A stretch of DNA of 43,274 bases from Rhizobiaceae bacterium (GCA_051959385.1 JBQCFH010000252.1:1-43274), one strand, 5' to 3'; counted from the first letter of the stretch, positions 1-10,419 are shown. The notes: generated by a model from the sequence alone, not told the origin. Translations and numbers: made by a program.

Positions 1-1
1 G

Positions 2-961
2 GGCGGCGGCGCCTGGGGAACGGCGCTGTCGCTCGCCATGCTTCGCGCCGGCAACGAGCCGTCTCTGTGGGCGCGCGATCCGCATATCGTGGAAACCGTC
101 AACCGCCTGCACGAGAACCCGCGCTACCTGCCGGGCGTCCGGCTCGACGACGGGCTGACGGTCACGACCGATCTCGCCGCGGCGCTGGCCGGCGCCGAAT
201 GCGTGCTTCTGGTGACGCCGGCGCAGATGCTGCGATCCGTTTGCGCACAGGCGGCGCCTCACATTCCCGCCGGCGCCCCGTTGGTCATATGCGCCAAGGG
301 CATCGAAGCGACGACCGGAAAGCTGCTTTCCGAGATCGTAAGCGAAATCGCGCCCTCGAACCCGGTGGCCGCGCTTTCCGGCCCGAGCTTCGCCGCCGAC
401 GTATCGCGCGGACTGCCGACGGCGGTCACGGTCGCCGCCCGCGACGAGGCGCTTGCCGCGCGCCTGGCCGCCCTTCTCTCTGCGCCGCATCTGCGCTGCT
501 ATTCGAGCGCAGACCTCACCGGAGTCGAGATCGGCGGCGCGCTGAAGAATGTAATGGCGATAGCGGCCGGCGCGGCCTCGGGCGCGGAGCTCGGCGCCAG
601 CGCGCAAGCCGCATTGGTGACGCGCGGCTTTGTCGAGCTGCGCCGCATCGGCGCCGCCTTCGGCGCCCGGCCGGAGACGCTGATGGGACTTTCCGGCCTC
701 GGCGACCTGATCCTTTCCTGCGGCTCTGCGCGCTCGCGGAATTTCGCCTACGGCCTTGCGCTCGGACGCGGCGATAGCGTCGAGGGCCTGCCGCTTGCCG
801 AGGGCGTCGCCACCGCCGGCATCGCGGCCGAGCTGGCAGGCGAGCGCAGCATCGACGCTCCGATCGTCGATGCCGTCGCCGCGATCCTCGCCGGGCGCAT
901 CACCGTTCCAGAGGCCGTCTCGGCTCTGCTTTCCCGCCCGCTGAAGAGCGAAGACGCTTGA
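2..961 (+). CDS. gpsA: NAD(P)H-dependent glycerol-3-phosphate dehydrogenase (5'-truncated by window edge)
   Basis: Frame from base 2 reads [10 protein letters not shown] (Rossmann motif); also [32 protein letters not shown] motifs. Confidence 0.96.
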   Translation, partial: GGGAWGTALSLAMLRAGNEPSLWARDPHIVETVNRLHENPRYLPGVRLDDGLTVTTDLAAALAGAECVLLVTPAQMLRSVCAQAAPHIPAGAPLVICAKGIEATTGKLLSEIVSEIAPSNPVAALSGPSFAADVSRGLPTAVTVAARDEALAARLAALLSAPHLRCYSSADLTGVEIGGALKNVMAIAAGAASGAELGASAQAALVTRGFVELRRIGAAFGARPETLMGLSGLGDLILSCGSARSRNFAYGLALGRGDSVEGLPLAEGVATAGIAAELAGERSIDAPIVDAVAAILAGRITVPEAVSALLSRPLKSEDA

Positions 962-1006
962 CGCGCCACGCCGCGGCGGTTCAATCCCACCCGACAGGAG
1001 TTGCCA

Positions 1007-1303
1007 ATGCTTTTCGCCCTGATCTGCACCGATAAGCCGGATCGTCTTTCCGTCCGCACGGCAACCCGCCCCGACCATCTCGCCTTTCTGAACGACCTCA
1101 ATCGGCGTGGCGCGCTGAAATTCGCGGGGCCGTTCGTCGATGCCGAAGGCAAGCCCAACGGCACGCTGGCGATGATCGAGGCGGACGACCGCAAGGCCGC
1201 CGAGGCCATCGCCGCGTCCGATCCCTATGCCAAGGCCGGACTGTTCGAAAAGGTCGAGATCAGGCCGTGGAACTGGGTGGTCAACAATCCGGCCGCCGGC
1301 TGA
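1007..1303 (+). CDS. YciI family protein
   Basis: MLFALICTDKP...R..TRPDHLAFL...AGP...DPYAKAGLF; CAGGAG RBS upstream; start could be TTG 1001. Confidence 0.9.
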   Translation: MLFALICTDKPDRLSVRTATRPDHLAFLNDLNRRGALKFAGPFVDAEGKPNGTLAMIEADDRKAAEAIAASDPYAKAGLFEKVEIRPWNWVVNNPAAG

Positions 1304-1312
1304 GCAGGGGAC

Positions 1313-1744
1313 ATGTCGATGCAATACTGGCTCTTCAAATCCGAACCCGATTCCTGGTCCTGGGAGAAGCAGAAGGCCAGGGGGAAGGCCGGCCAGCAGT
1401 GGGACGGCGTGCGCAACTATCAGGCGCGCAACAACATGCGCGCCATGCAGGTCGGGGATCTCGGCTTCTTATACCATTCCAACCAGGGGCTTGAGGTCGT
1501 CGGCATCGTCGAAGTGTGCGCGCTGGCGCACCACGATACGACGACCGATGACGAGCGCTGGGAATGCGTCGATATCCGCGCCGTCAAGGATATGCCGAAG
1601 CCGGTCGGCCTGGACGCCATCAAGGCGAATCCGAAGCTCGCCGACATGGTGCTGGTCAACAATTCCCGCCTTTCCGTGCAGCCCGTCTCGGCGGCCGAGT
1701 GGAAGGAAGTCTGCCGCATGGGCGGGCTCGACCCGGCGCCGTAA
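1313..1744 (+). CDS. EVE domain protein
   Basis: YWLFKSEP, WDGVRNYQARN, FLYHS, SRLSVQPV motifs. Confidence 0.95.
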   Translation: MSMQYWLFKSEPDSWSWEKQKARGKAGQQWDGVRNYQARNNMRAMQVGDLGFLYHSNQGLEVVGIVEVCALAHHDTTTDDERWECVDIRAVKDMPKPVGLDAIKANPKLADMVLVNNSRLSVQPVSAAEWKEVCRMGGLDPAP

Positions 1745-1749
1745 CGAAA

Positions 1750-2403
1750 TTGCGGCTCACGCCTGAAAGCGCCGAAGCCTTCATCCGCGCCAACACGACG
1801 CTTTCCGCTCCGCCGCACGTGCCGGAGATCCGCCTGCATCTCGCCGACGAGGCGCACGATCTCTGGAAGAAAACCGAGGAGGAGCTTGCCGAAATCGGCT
1901 TGCCGCCGCCCTTCTGGGCGTTTGCGTGGGCGGGCGGACAGGGATTGGCGAGACATATCCTCGACCGTCCAGCGCTCATGAAAGGCAAACGCGTGCTCGA
2001 TTTCGCCACCGGCTCGGGACTGGTTGCGATCGCCGCCCGTATGGCGGGCGCCGGCAAGGTGATTGCCGCCGACATCGACCCGTTCAGCCGCGCCGCCTCG
2101 GCGCTGAACGCCGCGGCGAACGCTGTCGAATTCGCCTTCACCGGAGAGGATCTCATCGCCACCGACGCCGGCTGGGACATGGTCCTTGCTGGCGACGTCT
2201 TCTATGACCGCGAACTCGCCGGCCGGCTGACGCCATGGTTCGCCGCGTTGCGCAGGCGCGGCGCGGAAGTGCTGGTCGGCGATCCCGGCCGCTCCTATCT
2301 GCCCAGGGGCCGGCTCGAGGCGCTTGCCGTCTATCAGGTGCCGGTCAGCCGCGCGCTCGAGGATGCGGAGGTCAAGAAGACGACGGTGTGGCGCTTCCTC
2401 TGA
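1750..2403 (+). CDS. Class I SAM-dependent methyltransferase (PrmA/ETFB-lysine methyltransferase-like)
   Basis: PPPFWAFAWAGG, VLDFATGSGLVAIAA, GDVFY, GDPGRSYLP; start uncertain (in-frame TTG at 1750; 1741 is GTA). Confidence 0.88.
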   Translation: MRLTPESAEAFIRANTTLSAPPHVPEIRLHLADEAHDLWKKTEEELAEIGLPPPFWAFAWAGGQGLARHILDRPALMKGKRVLDFATGSGLVAIAARMAGAGKVIAADIDPFSRAASALNAAANAVEFAFTGEDLIATDAGWDMVLAGDVFYDRELAGRLTPWFAALRRRGAEVLVGDPGRSYLPRGRLEALAVYQVPVSRALEDAEVKKTTVWRFL

Positions 2404-2457
2404 GGATGGTTGCATTCGTCGGCCGCGCGGCGCGGCGGGGCCTCCCCTGCATCGGCC

Positions 2458-2982
2458 TCAGGCAATGACGCGGATGACGGTCCGGCGCGACAGATGAGGC
2501 AGCAGGCGCAGCATCACCCGGCGCTCGACGGCGATGCAGCCTTCGGTCGGCCGCAACCCCGGCCGCGCCAGATGCAGGAAGATGGCGCTGCCGCCGTTGC
2601 GGCGCCGCGGCCGGATATTCCAATCGAGGACGAGGCAGAAATCGTAGAGCCGGTCGCCGCGCAGCATCTTCTCGTGGCTCGCGCGGAAAGGCAGCCGCAC
2701 CGGCCGGTTGTAGCTGGCGTCGGCAGGCGCGTCGCACCAGCCCAGATCGGCGCGGATTAGGACGAGGCGAAGGCCGGACCGCCGCGACGGATGCCCCTCG
2801 CGCCGCAGAAAGCCCGAAAGGAGCCTGAGCCGGCCGAGCGGGGTCGCGCCGTCGCCCTCGCGCTTGAAGGCCGAGATTCCGGCCCTTCCGAGCGCGCACC
2901 GGAAGACGGTCCCGTCGACGTTCAGCAGACCGTGCGAGCGGTTCCCCGGCCTTCTCCGGACATTGATATTTCCGATCGGCAT
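2458..2982 (-). CDS. L,D-transpeptidase (YkuD-like) family protein
   Basis: ALGRAG...KREGDGATP, WCDAP...YNRPV, GSAIFLH...PTEGC (His...Cys catalytic motif). Confidence 0.85.
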   Translation of the reverse strand: MPIGNINVRRRPGNRSHGLLNVDGTVFRCALGRAGISAFKREGDGATPLGRLRLLSGFLRREGHPSRRSGLRLVLIRADLGWCDAPADASYNRPVRLPFRASHEKMLRGDRLYDFCLVLDWNIRPRRRNGGSAIFLHLARPGLRPTEGCIAVERRVMLRLLPHLSRRTVIRVIA

Positions 2983-3134
2983 CCCAAATCCTTTGCAGGT
3001 CGGTTCTCACTTTTCGATGAAGCCATGGGCAGAGGACTACAAAACCCTGTGAACCGCTTTCCGGCCATTTTTCTTGCACATAGACGGTTCTCCTCGCAGA
3101 ACCTATTCTCGCATGAGAAATCACGGATTGGCCC

Positions 3135-3818
3135 ATGACATCGCGCACCATCCTTATCGTCGACGATGATGAAGACTTGCGCTCGACCCTCGTTGAGCAA
3201 TTGTCGCTCTACGAAGAATTCGAGATTCTGCAGGAAGGAACCGCCACGAAGGGCATCCAGTCGGTGCGCAACGGCATGATCGATCTCCTGATCATGGATG
3301 TCGGATTGCCGGACATGGACGGAAGGGAGGCGGTCAAGCTCCTGCGCAAGAACGGCTTCAAGGCGCCGATCATCATGCTGACCGGCCAGGATACGGATTC
3401 GGATACCATCCTGGGCCTCGAGGCCGGCGCCAACGACTACGTCACCAAGCCGTTCCGCTTCGCCGTGCTCCTTGCCCGCATCCGCGCCCAGCTGCGCCAG
3501 CACGAGCAGAGCGAGGACGCCACCTTCACCGTCGGGCCCTATACCTTCAAGCCAAGCCAGAAGCTGCTCGTCGACCAGCGCGGCAGCAAGTTGCGGCTGA
3601 CGGAGAAGGAAGCCGCGATCATCAAATATCTCTACCGGGCCGGCCAGAAGGTCGTCACCCGCGATGTGCTGCTCGAGGAGGTCTGGGGCTACAATTCCGG
3701 CGTCACCACCCACACGCTCGAAACCCATGTCTACCGGCTGCGCCAGAAGATCGAACGCGATCCTTCCAATGCCGAAATACTTGTGACAGAAAGCGGCGGA
3801 TACAAGCTCGTTCCCTAG
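3135..3818 (+). CDS. cenR: OmpR-family response regulator, CenR/OtpR orthologue
   Basis: REC plus winged helix (LTEKE, VWGYNSGVTTHTLETHVYRLRQKIE); followed by a cNMP-binding gene as at the Brucella otpR locus. Confidence 0.8.
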   Translation: MTSRTILIVDDDEDLRSTLVEQLSLYEEFEILQEGTATKGIQSVRNGMIDLLIMDVGLPDMDGREAVKLLRKNGFKAPIIMLTGQDTDSDTILGLEAGANDYVTKPFRFAVLLARIRAQLRQHEQSEDATFTVGPYTFKPSQKLLVDQRGSKLRLTEKEAAIIKYLYRAGQKVVTRDVLLEEVWGYNSGVTTHTLETHVYRLRQKIERDPSNAEILVTESGGYKLVP

Positions 3819-3860
3819 CGGTCGTCCACGAGCTGAGCGGGGGGATGCAAGGGGACAAAC

Positions 3861-4319
3861 TTGGCGCTGGATGACGACATCCGCCTGATTTCCGGTGTGC
3901 CGCTTTTCGCAAGCTTCACGCCCGACCAGCTTCGACTGCTCGCTTTCGGCGCCGAAAACATGCGGCTTGCCCCTGGACAGCTTCTCTACGAGGCCGGCGC
4001 CCGCGCCGATGGCGCTTTCGTTGTCGCGGAGGGATCAATCGGCCTCTTTCGCGAGGACGCCGATGGCGAGCGCGTCCTGCTTGCCACGATCGGCCGCGGC
4101 GCCATGCTCGGCGAGCTGGCGCTGATCGCCGACGCGGTGCGCCCGACGGGGGCCGTCGCTCTCGAGGAGACGGACCTCGTGAGGCTGAGCCGCAAGCTTT
4201 TCCATCGCATCCTGCAGGAATATCCGGAGCTGGCCGCGGCGTTGCGCGACCATATCGCCGGAAATCTCGCCGCCATGGTGGAAGAGATCGATGCGCTGGG
4301 GCCGCGATTTTCCGAGTGA
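3861..4319 (+). CDS. Cyclic nucleotide-binding domain protein (no HTH)
   Basis: LRLLAFGAE...G..L...GARADGAFVV..G, GELAL; TTG start after AAGGGG. Confidence 0.85.
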   Translation: MALDDDIRLISGVPLFASFTPDQLRLLAFGAENMRLAPGQLLYEAGARADGAFVVAEGSIGLFREDADGERVLLATIGRGAMLGELALIADAVRPTGAVALEETDLVRLSRKLFHRILQEYPELAAALRDHIAGNLAAMVEEIDALGPRFSE

Positions 4320-4374
4320 AGCGGCATCTCCGCGTTCGCCCGGCACGCACCAGGACAGCCGTGGAACCCCGCCA

Positions 4375-4395
4375 TTAAGGTTAGTTAAACATTAA
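4375..4395. promoter_or_regulatory. Putative CtrA-like boxes upstream of the multi-PAS kinase
   Basis: ttaaggttagttaaacattaa contains TTAA-N7-TAAAC and, on the minus strand, TTAA-N7-CTAAC; each has one mismatch to TTAA-N7-TTAAC; AT-rich island in GC-rich DNA. Confidence 0.45.
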
Positions 4396-4398
4396 GGC

Positions 4399-7300
4399 TT
4401 GTCGTCCACATTGCCCCGAAACGGACTTATTCCGGGGGCGTGTCCGGTGGCATCTGAGGACGGGAAACAACCAAGGCGCAGAGGTATTGGGGAAACAGCT
4501 TCGGAGGCCGGGGGCGATTCGCCGCTTGGCCCGCCGCGCGTCCTTGCGCGCTCCGCCGGAACGGCCGGGGAGGACATCGATCTTCGCCGGCTCCTCGAAG
4601 TCAGCGCCGACTGGATATGGCGGACCGACGCCACCCACACCTTCATCTATATTTCCGACGGTATCGAAGCAGCGACGGGGATGCAGCCGAAGAAGGCGCT
4701 TGGCCGGACCTGGTTCGATTTTCTGCCCATGGCCGCGCGCCTGAAGAAGGAATACCAGGCGCATCTCGATGACTTGCGGGCGCAGCGCCCTTTTCGCGAG
4801 TTCGTCTACGAGGTGGCGAACGCTCCCGCCCATTGCCGCTGGCTGTCGGTGTCGGGCTATCCGGTATTCGATGAACGCGGCGCCTTTGCCGGCTACGAGG
4901 GCACGGGCAGGAATGTCACCAACCTGTTCGCCACGCAGGACACGCTGGACGATATGCGCGGCCAGCTCAAGCAGTCGCAGGACCTCCTCGCCGCCGTCTT
5001 CGAATCGCTCGACGCCGGCATCGTCGTCTACGACGAGGAAGACCGCCTGCTGCTGTCGAACGCCCGCATGGCCGAACTCTACCCTCATATCGGCAAGGTC
5101 GCCCAACCGGGCATGGCGCTTCGCGACCTGCTCGCGAGCGCCTACGATTCCGGCCAGTTCGTTGACGCTCCGGGCGCCGAGAATGCGGCCCGCATGGCGG
5201 ACCGCTCGCGCTGGCTGAAAGAGCGTCTCAAGGAATATTGGGAGCCGTACAGCGAGCGCGAGCAGAAGCTCGACGACGGCAGATGGGTGCAGCTGCGCAA
5301 CCGGCGCCTCGACAACGGGATGTTCATCGGTCTCAGGACCGACATCACCGGCATCAAGGAGCGCGAGGAAGCGCTCGCCAATGCGCTCGACAAGGCCAGG
5401 CACACCGAGGTGCTGCGCGCGGCTCTCGACATCATGGAAGACGGGTTTGCGCTTTACGATGCCGACGACCGGCTGGTGCTCTTCAATCCCGCCTACATAA
5501 AGATGCATGTCGGGATGGAGGAGCACATTCGTCCCGGTATGACCTTCGAGGCGGTGCTGCGCACGGCCATCGAGAAGGGGATGGTGGACATCGGAACGGC
5601 CGATGCCGAGGAATACGTCGCCACCGCGATGAAACGGCGCAAGGAAGGCCCGAGCGCCGAGATGATGCTGCATTTCTCCGACGGGCGATGGGTCATGCGC
5701 CGCGAGGTGCGGACGCCGGATGGCGGCATCATGGGCATCCGCACCGACGTCACCGAGATGAAGAAGCGCGAGGAGGCGCTGGCCGAGGCGAGCCGCCAGG
5801 CCGAGGAGCTGCTGTTCGACCTGACCCGGACGATCGAGGCGATGAACATGGGCGTCGTCGTCGTCGACGCCGACATGCGCGCCGAGATCGTCAACCCCGC
5901 CTTTTACGATCAGTGGAAGATCGACCGGGCGAAGGCCGGCGTCGGCACCCATTTCCGCGATCTCATCGACTACAACCGCCATACCGGCATCTATGATGTT
6001 CCCGATGCCCAGTGGGAGGCGTATTGCGCCACGCGCATTGCGGAAATCCGCGCCGGCGAGGTCGCGCCGCGCGAATTCAAGCGGGCCGACGGCCATACGC
6101 TCATCTATTCCGTCACCGCGCTCTCGGGCGGCAAGCGGCTCGTCTCCTATTTCGACATCACCGAGATGAAGCAGCGCGAGGCTGCCCTGGCGGAGGCACT
6201 CGAAAAGGCCAAGCTCGCCGAAGCGGTCATCGACAGCGTCCCCAATCCGATCTTCGTCAAGGACCGGAACCTCGAATTCGTCCTCGCCAACAACGCCTTC
6301 GCCACGATCTTCGGCAAGACCGCGCGGGAAATCATCGGCAAGAGGGCGATCGACGTGGTCCCGGAAGCCGAGGCGCGGGAATTCGAGGCGAACGAAAGGC
6401 AGGTGCTCGACACCGGCGAACTGCACGAGAGCGGCGAGGATTTCGAGGTGGACGGCGCTCGCCGCTCGCGGATCGTGCGCAAGAACCGCGTGCGCACCGA
6501 GAGCGGCAAGGACTATATCGCCTGCACCATTTTCGACATTACCGACATGCGCCGCCGCGAAGTGGAGGCGGAGGAGGCGCGCCAGCATCTGGCGAACGTC
6601 CTCGAATTGCTTCCGGCCGGCGTCATCATCTACGACCGCGACGACAAATTCGTCCTGGCCAACCGCAAGCTCCAGGACATGCTGCCGGGCATGGAAGGCA
6701 CCTGGGTCAAGGGCCAGACGCTCATGCACGCCATGCGGCTCGCGCATGAGGCCGGCTATTTCCGCAACAGCGACGATCCGGAGCTCGACAAGCTCTACGA
6801 CACCGACCCGGAAGCCTGGATGGAGGGCAAGGCCGCAAAATACCACCTGCCCCATGCCGTCTATGAGCGCCGCAACCCGAACGGACGCTGGTACCAGGTG
6901 TACGACACGCGCACGCCCGACGGCTCGTTCGTCGGGGTTCGCGTCGACATCACCGAACTGAAGGAACGCGAGGAGGCGTTGCGCGAAAGCTCGCGCGAGA
7001 ACGAGCTCTTCCGCTCCATCATCGACAATGTGCCCGTCGCCATCTACGCCAAGCAGACGGACCTCAAGCTCATCTATGTCAACAAGGGCTGGTCCGACTT
7101 GACCGGCATCTCTTCGGAGGAGGCGGTCGGAAAGACCGATGCCGACATATTCGGCCCGGACGGCGAAGCCTTCATGCGCGACGACCGCGCGGTGCTGCGC
7201 TCGCGCAGGCCCCAGGTTTTCGAGGAGACCGCAACGCGCCCGGACGGGTCTATCCGCTACCAGGAAGCGCGCAAGAGCGTCATGATCGCGTCCGACGGCT

Positions 7301-9072
7301 CGCTTTACCTGATCGGCTCAACCACCGATGTGAGCGAGATAAAGGAACGCGAGCGCGAATTGCGCGAGGCCCAGCAGAAGGCGGTCCTGGCCGACCGGGC
7401 CAAGTCGGAATTCCTCGCCAATATGAGCCACGAGATACGCACGCCGATGAACGGGGTGCTCGGCATGGCGGAGCTGCTGGCGAAATCCGACCTCGATTCG
7501 AAGCAGAAGACGTTCACTGACATCATCGTGAAGTCGGGCAACGCGCTGCTCACGATCATCAACGACATCCTCGATTTCTCCAAGATCGACGCCGGGCAGC
7601 TGGTGCTCGATCCGGCGCCCTTCAATCTGGTCGAAGCCATCGAGGACGTCGCGACGCTCGTCTCCACCCGCGCCAAGGAGAAGGACCTGGAGCTGATCGT
7701 GCGCATCGATCCCCAGCTTCCGGAAATGTTCATCGGCGATGTCGGCCGCATCCGCCAGATCATCACCAATCTGATGGGCAACGCGGTGAAGTTCACCGAC
7801 ACGGGCCATGTCCTGGTGAACGTCAACGGCAGGATCGAGAACGGCGCCGGCAAGCTGCGCATCAACGTCACCGACACCGGCATCGGGATTCCGAAGGAGA
7901 AGATCGACCTCGTCTTCGACAAGTTCAGCCAGGTCGACGCTTCATCTACGCGCCGGCATGAGGGGACGGGCCTCGGGCTCGCCATCACCTCCAAGCTGGT
8001 TGCGCTGATGGGCGGCGAGATCGGCGTGGAGAGCGAGTTCGGCAAGGGATCGACCTTCTGGTTCACCCTCGAATTGCCGACTGCCGAGGCCTCCGCGAGG
8101 CGCAAGCCGACGCCGATCGACGTTACCGGCGCGCGCATTCTCATCGTCGACGACAACGCGGTGAACCGCGCGATCCTGTCGGAGCAGATGGCTTCATGGT
8201 CCTTCGACGCCTGCGCGGCCGAAAACGGCGAAGAGGGGCTGCAAGTGCTGCATGCCGCGGCGAAGCATGGCATCAGCGTCGACTGCGTTGTCCTCGACTA
8301 CCAGATGCCGGGGATGACCGGCGCCGAAGTGACTCGCGTCATTCGCGCGACGCAAGGCATCGCCGATACGCCGATCGTCATGCTCACCTCGGTCGATCAG
8401 TCGCTGTCGAACGCACAGTATCGCGATCTCGGCATCAATGCCCAGCTCATCAAGCCGGCTCGCTCCTCGCACCTTCTGGAGACCATCGTCTCGGCCGTGC
8501 AGAAGCACCGCGCTCCGGATCTGTCGTCGATCATGGGCGAGGACCGCAACATGGTCTCCGGGCGGCCCGTCCTGGCCGCACCTCCTTCAGCCCCGGCCAT
8601 CGCCGACCGGCCGGCGCCCGCCGCTTCCGGCCGGCAGGAAAGAGGCCCGGCTGCAGCCGCTTCCGAAACCGAGCACCGGCTCGACATCCTGGTCGCCGAG
8701 GACAATGAGGTGAACCAGCTGGTGTTCACGCAAATCCTGGAAGAGACCAATCTCAGCTTCCAGATCGTCGGCAATGGCGAGCTTGCGCTTCAGGCTTATC
8801 GCGAGATGCGGCCGCGCATGATCCTGATGGACGTCTCGATGCCGAAGATGAGCGGCCTCGAGGCCACCGCGGCGATCCGCAGCCTGGAGGCCGAGAGCGG
8901 AACGCATGTGCCCATCATCGGCGTGACGGCCCATGCGCTCAAGGGAGACCGCGAGCGCTGCATCGACGCCGGCATGGACGACTATCTGTCGAAGCCGATC
9001 AGCCCCAAGGCGCTTCTCGGAAAGGTGGCGCGCTGGGCCGGCGACAAATCCGCCCTGCGAAGCGCGGGCTGA
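4399..9072 (+). CDS. Soluble hybrid sensor histidine kinase: 7 PAS + HisKA + HATPase + 2 REC
   Basis: Seven PAS units each ending NVT/DIT/DVT/DVS followed by a coiled linker; FLANMSHEIRTPMNG H-box, NLMGNAVKF, DTGIG, GTGLGL; receivers with LDYQMP and MDVSMP; no obvious TM helix; exact start uncertain. Confidence 0.93.
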   Translation: MSSTLPRNGLIPGACPVASEDGKQPRRRGIGETASEAGGDSPLGPPRVLARSAGTAGEDIDLRRLLEVSADWIWRTDATHTFIYISDGIEAATGMQPKKALGRTWFDFLPMAARLKKEYQAHLDDLRAQRPFREFVYEVANAPAHCRWLSVSGYPVFDERGAFAGYEGTGRNVTNLFATQDTLDDMRGQLKQSQDLLAAVFESLDAGIVVYDEEDRLLLSNARMAELYPHIGKVAQPGMALRDLLASAYDSGQFVDAPGAENAARMADRSRWLKERLKEYWEPYSEREQKLDDGRWVQLRNRRLDNGMFIGLRTDITGIKEREEALANALDKARHTEVLRAALDIMEDGFALYDADDRLVLFNPAYIKMHVGMEEHIRPGMTFEAVLRTAIEKGMVDIGTADAEEYVATAMKRRKEGPSAEMMLHFSDGRWVMRREVRTPDGGIMGIRTDVTEMKKREEALAEASRQAEELLFDLTRTIEAMNMGVVVVDADMRAEIVNPAFYDQWKIDRAKAGVGTHFRDLIDYNRHTGIYDVPDAQWEAYCATRIAEIRAGEVAPREFKRADGHTLIYSVTALSGGKRLVSYFDITEMKQREAALAEALEKAKLAEAVIDSVPNPIFVKDRNLEFVLANNAFATIFGKTAREIIGKRAIDVVPEAEAREFEANERQVLDTGELHESGEDFEVDGARRSRIVRKNRVRTESGKDYIACTIFDITDMRRREVEAEEARQHLANVLELLPAGVIIYDRDDKFVLANRKLQDMLPGMEGTWVKGQTLMHAMRLAHEAGYFRNSDDPELDKLYDTDPEAWMEGKAAKYHLPHAVYERRNPNGRWYQVYDTRTPDGSFVGVRVDITELKEREEALRESSRENELFRSIIDNVPVAIYAKQTDLKLIYVNKGWSDLTGISSEEAVGKTDADIFGPDGEAFMRDDRAVLRSRRPQVFEETATRPDGSIRYQEARKSVMIASDGSLYLIGSTTDVSEIKERERELREAQQKAVLADRAKSEFLANMSHEIRTPMNGVLGMAELLAKSDLDSKQKTFTDIIVKSGNALLTIINDILDFSKIDAGQLVLDPAPFNLVEAIEDVATLVSTRAKEKDLELIVRIDPQLPEMFIGDVGRIRQIITNLMGNAVKFTDTGHVLVNVNGRIENGAGKLRINVTDTGIGIPKEKIDLVFDKFSQVDASSTRRHEGTGLGLAITSKLVALMGGEIGVESEFGKGSTFWFTLELPTAEASARRKPTPIDVTGARILIVDDNAVNRAILSEQMASWSFDACAAENGEEGLQVLHAAAKHGISVDCVVLDYQMPGMTGAEVTRVIRATQGIADTPIVMLTSVDQSLSNAQYRDLGINAQLIKPARSSHLLETIVSAVQKHRAPDLSSIMGEDRNMVSGRPVLAAPPSAPAIADRPAPAASGRQERGPAAAASETEHRLDILVAEDNEVNQLVFTQILEETNLSFQIVGNGELALQAYREMRPRMILMDVSMPKMSGLEATAAIRSLEAESGTHVPIIGVTAHALKGDRERCIDAGMDDYLSKPISPKALLGKVARWAGDKSALRSAG

Positions 9073-9259
9073 TCCGAGCGAAGCACAGGCTGATCCGAAA
9101 AAATACACGCGAGCGGTCGGCGAAGAGGCCGGCCGCGGCCGATCCAAGCCAAGAATTTGGAGGACTACGGCTTTTCGGTCGCTTGACCGCTTCCTGCAAT
9201 CCCGTGCATATTCTTTGCCGGCGAACGTGCTCCCGAGCCGCGGCTTGGGCGACACGAAA

Positions 9260-9277
9260 CTGTCATCGAACTGTTAC
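9260..9277 (+). promoter_or_regulatory. Pho box (PhoB site)
   Basis: CTGTCAT-cgaa-CTGTTAC, 11-bp-period direct repeat ~70 bp upstream of pstS; weaker third unit GCGACAC at 9249. Confidence 0.9.
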
Positions 9278-9345
9278 ACGGGGCCGGTAAGGGCATCCGC
9301 GGCGCAATCGCGCGCCGCGAGAACGTCCGAACAGGAGTAGGCTCC

Positions 9346-10404
9346 ATGATGACATTCATTCGCTCGACCGCGCTGACGGCGGCTGCCGCCCTCGCCCTGT
9401 CGATCGCAACGGCTTCCACCGGCCACGCCGCCGATATCTCCGGCGCCGGCTCCACCTTCATCTATCCCGTCTTCGCCAAATGGGCGGACACCTACAAGAA
9501 AGAGACCGGCATCGGCCTCAATTACCAGTCCATCGGCTCCGGCGGCGGCATCAAGCAGGTGATCGCCAAGACGGTCACCTTCGGCGCCACGGACAAGCCG
9601 CTCTCGGACGAGGATCTGCGGAAGAACGGGCTCACCCAGTTCCCGATGGTGATGGGCGGCATCGTGCCGATCGTCAACATCGAGGGCGTCAAGCCCGGCG
9701 AGCTGGTGCTCGACGGCAAGACGCTCGCCGACATCTATCTCGGCAACATCACCTCCTGGGACGACGACGCCATCAAGGCGCTCAATCCCAACCTGAAGCT
9801 CCCCTCCCTGGCGATCGCGGTCGTCCACCGCTCCGACGGCTCGGGCACGACCTTCAACTTCACCGACTATCTGAGCAAGGTATCGTCGGATTGGAAGGAC
9901 GAGATCGGTTCCGACACAGCCGTGGAATGGCCCGTCGGCGTCGGCGCCAAGGGCAGCGAGGGCGTCGCCAACATGGTGATGCAGGCGGCAGGCGGCATCG
10001 GCTACGACGAATATGCCTACGCGGCCCAGAACAACCTCTCCTATGCGAAGATGGAGAACGCCGCCGGCAAGATCGTCGAGCCTTCGCTCGCGACCTTCGG
10101 CGCCGCCGCCGCCAACGCCGACTGGAAGGGCGCCACCAACTTCCACGTCATCATCACGAATCAGCCGGGCGACAACAGCTGGCCGATCGCCGCCTCGACC
10201 TGGGTGCTGATCCACAAGGCGCCGGAAGATGCCGCAGCCGCCGGCGATGCGCTCAAATTCTTCGACTGGGCCTACAAGAACGGCAAGGACGCCGCCAAGG
10301 CGCTGGACTACGTCTCGATCCCCGACAATGTCGTCGGCCTGATCGAGTCTTCCTGGTCGGACATCAAGACCGGCGGCAAGCCGGTCTACACGGTCGGCCA
10401 GTAG
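9346..10404 (+). CDS. pstS: Phosphate ABC transporter substrate-binding protein
   Basis: Signal peptide; [33 protein letters not shown]. Confidence 0.97.
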   Translation: MMTFIRSTALTAAAALALSIATASTGHAADISGAGSTFIYPVFAKWADTYKKETGIGLNYQSIGSGGGIKQVIAKTVTFGATDKPLSDEDLRKNGLTQFPMVMGGIVPIVNIEGVKPGELVLDGKTLADIYLGNITSWDDDAIKALNPNLKLPSLAIAVVHRSDGSGTTFNFTDYLSKVSSDWKDEIGSDTAVEWPVGVGAKGSEGVANMVMQAAGGIGYDEYAYAAQNNLSYAKMENAAGKIVEPSLATFGAAAANADWKGATNFHVIITNQPGDNSWPIAASTWVLIHKAPEDAAAAGDALKFFDWAYKNGKDAAKALDYVSIPDNVVGLIESSWSDIKTGGKPVYTVGQ

Positions 10405-10419
10405 ATCCAATGACCGCCG

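Noticed and set aside
4381-6855. 824-aa antisense ORF, and similar long shadow ORFs (14691-16481, 20359-21762, 39727-41307, 41210-42622)
   Set aside because: Antisense mirrors of real genes; expected in high-GC3 DNA; no recognisable motifs or RBS.
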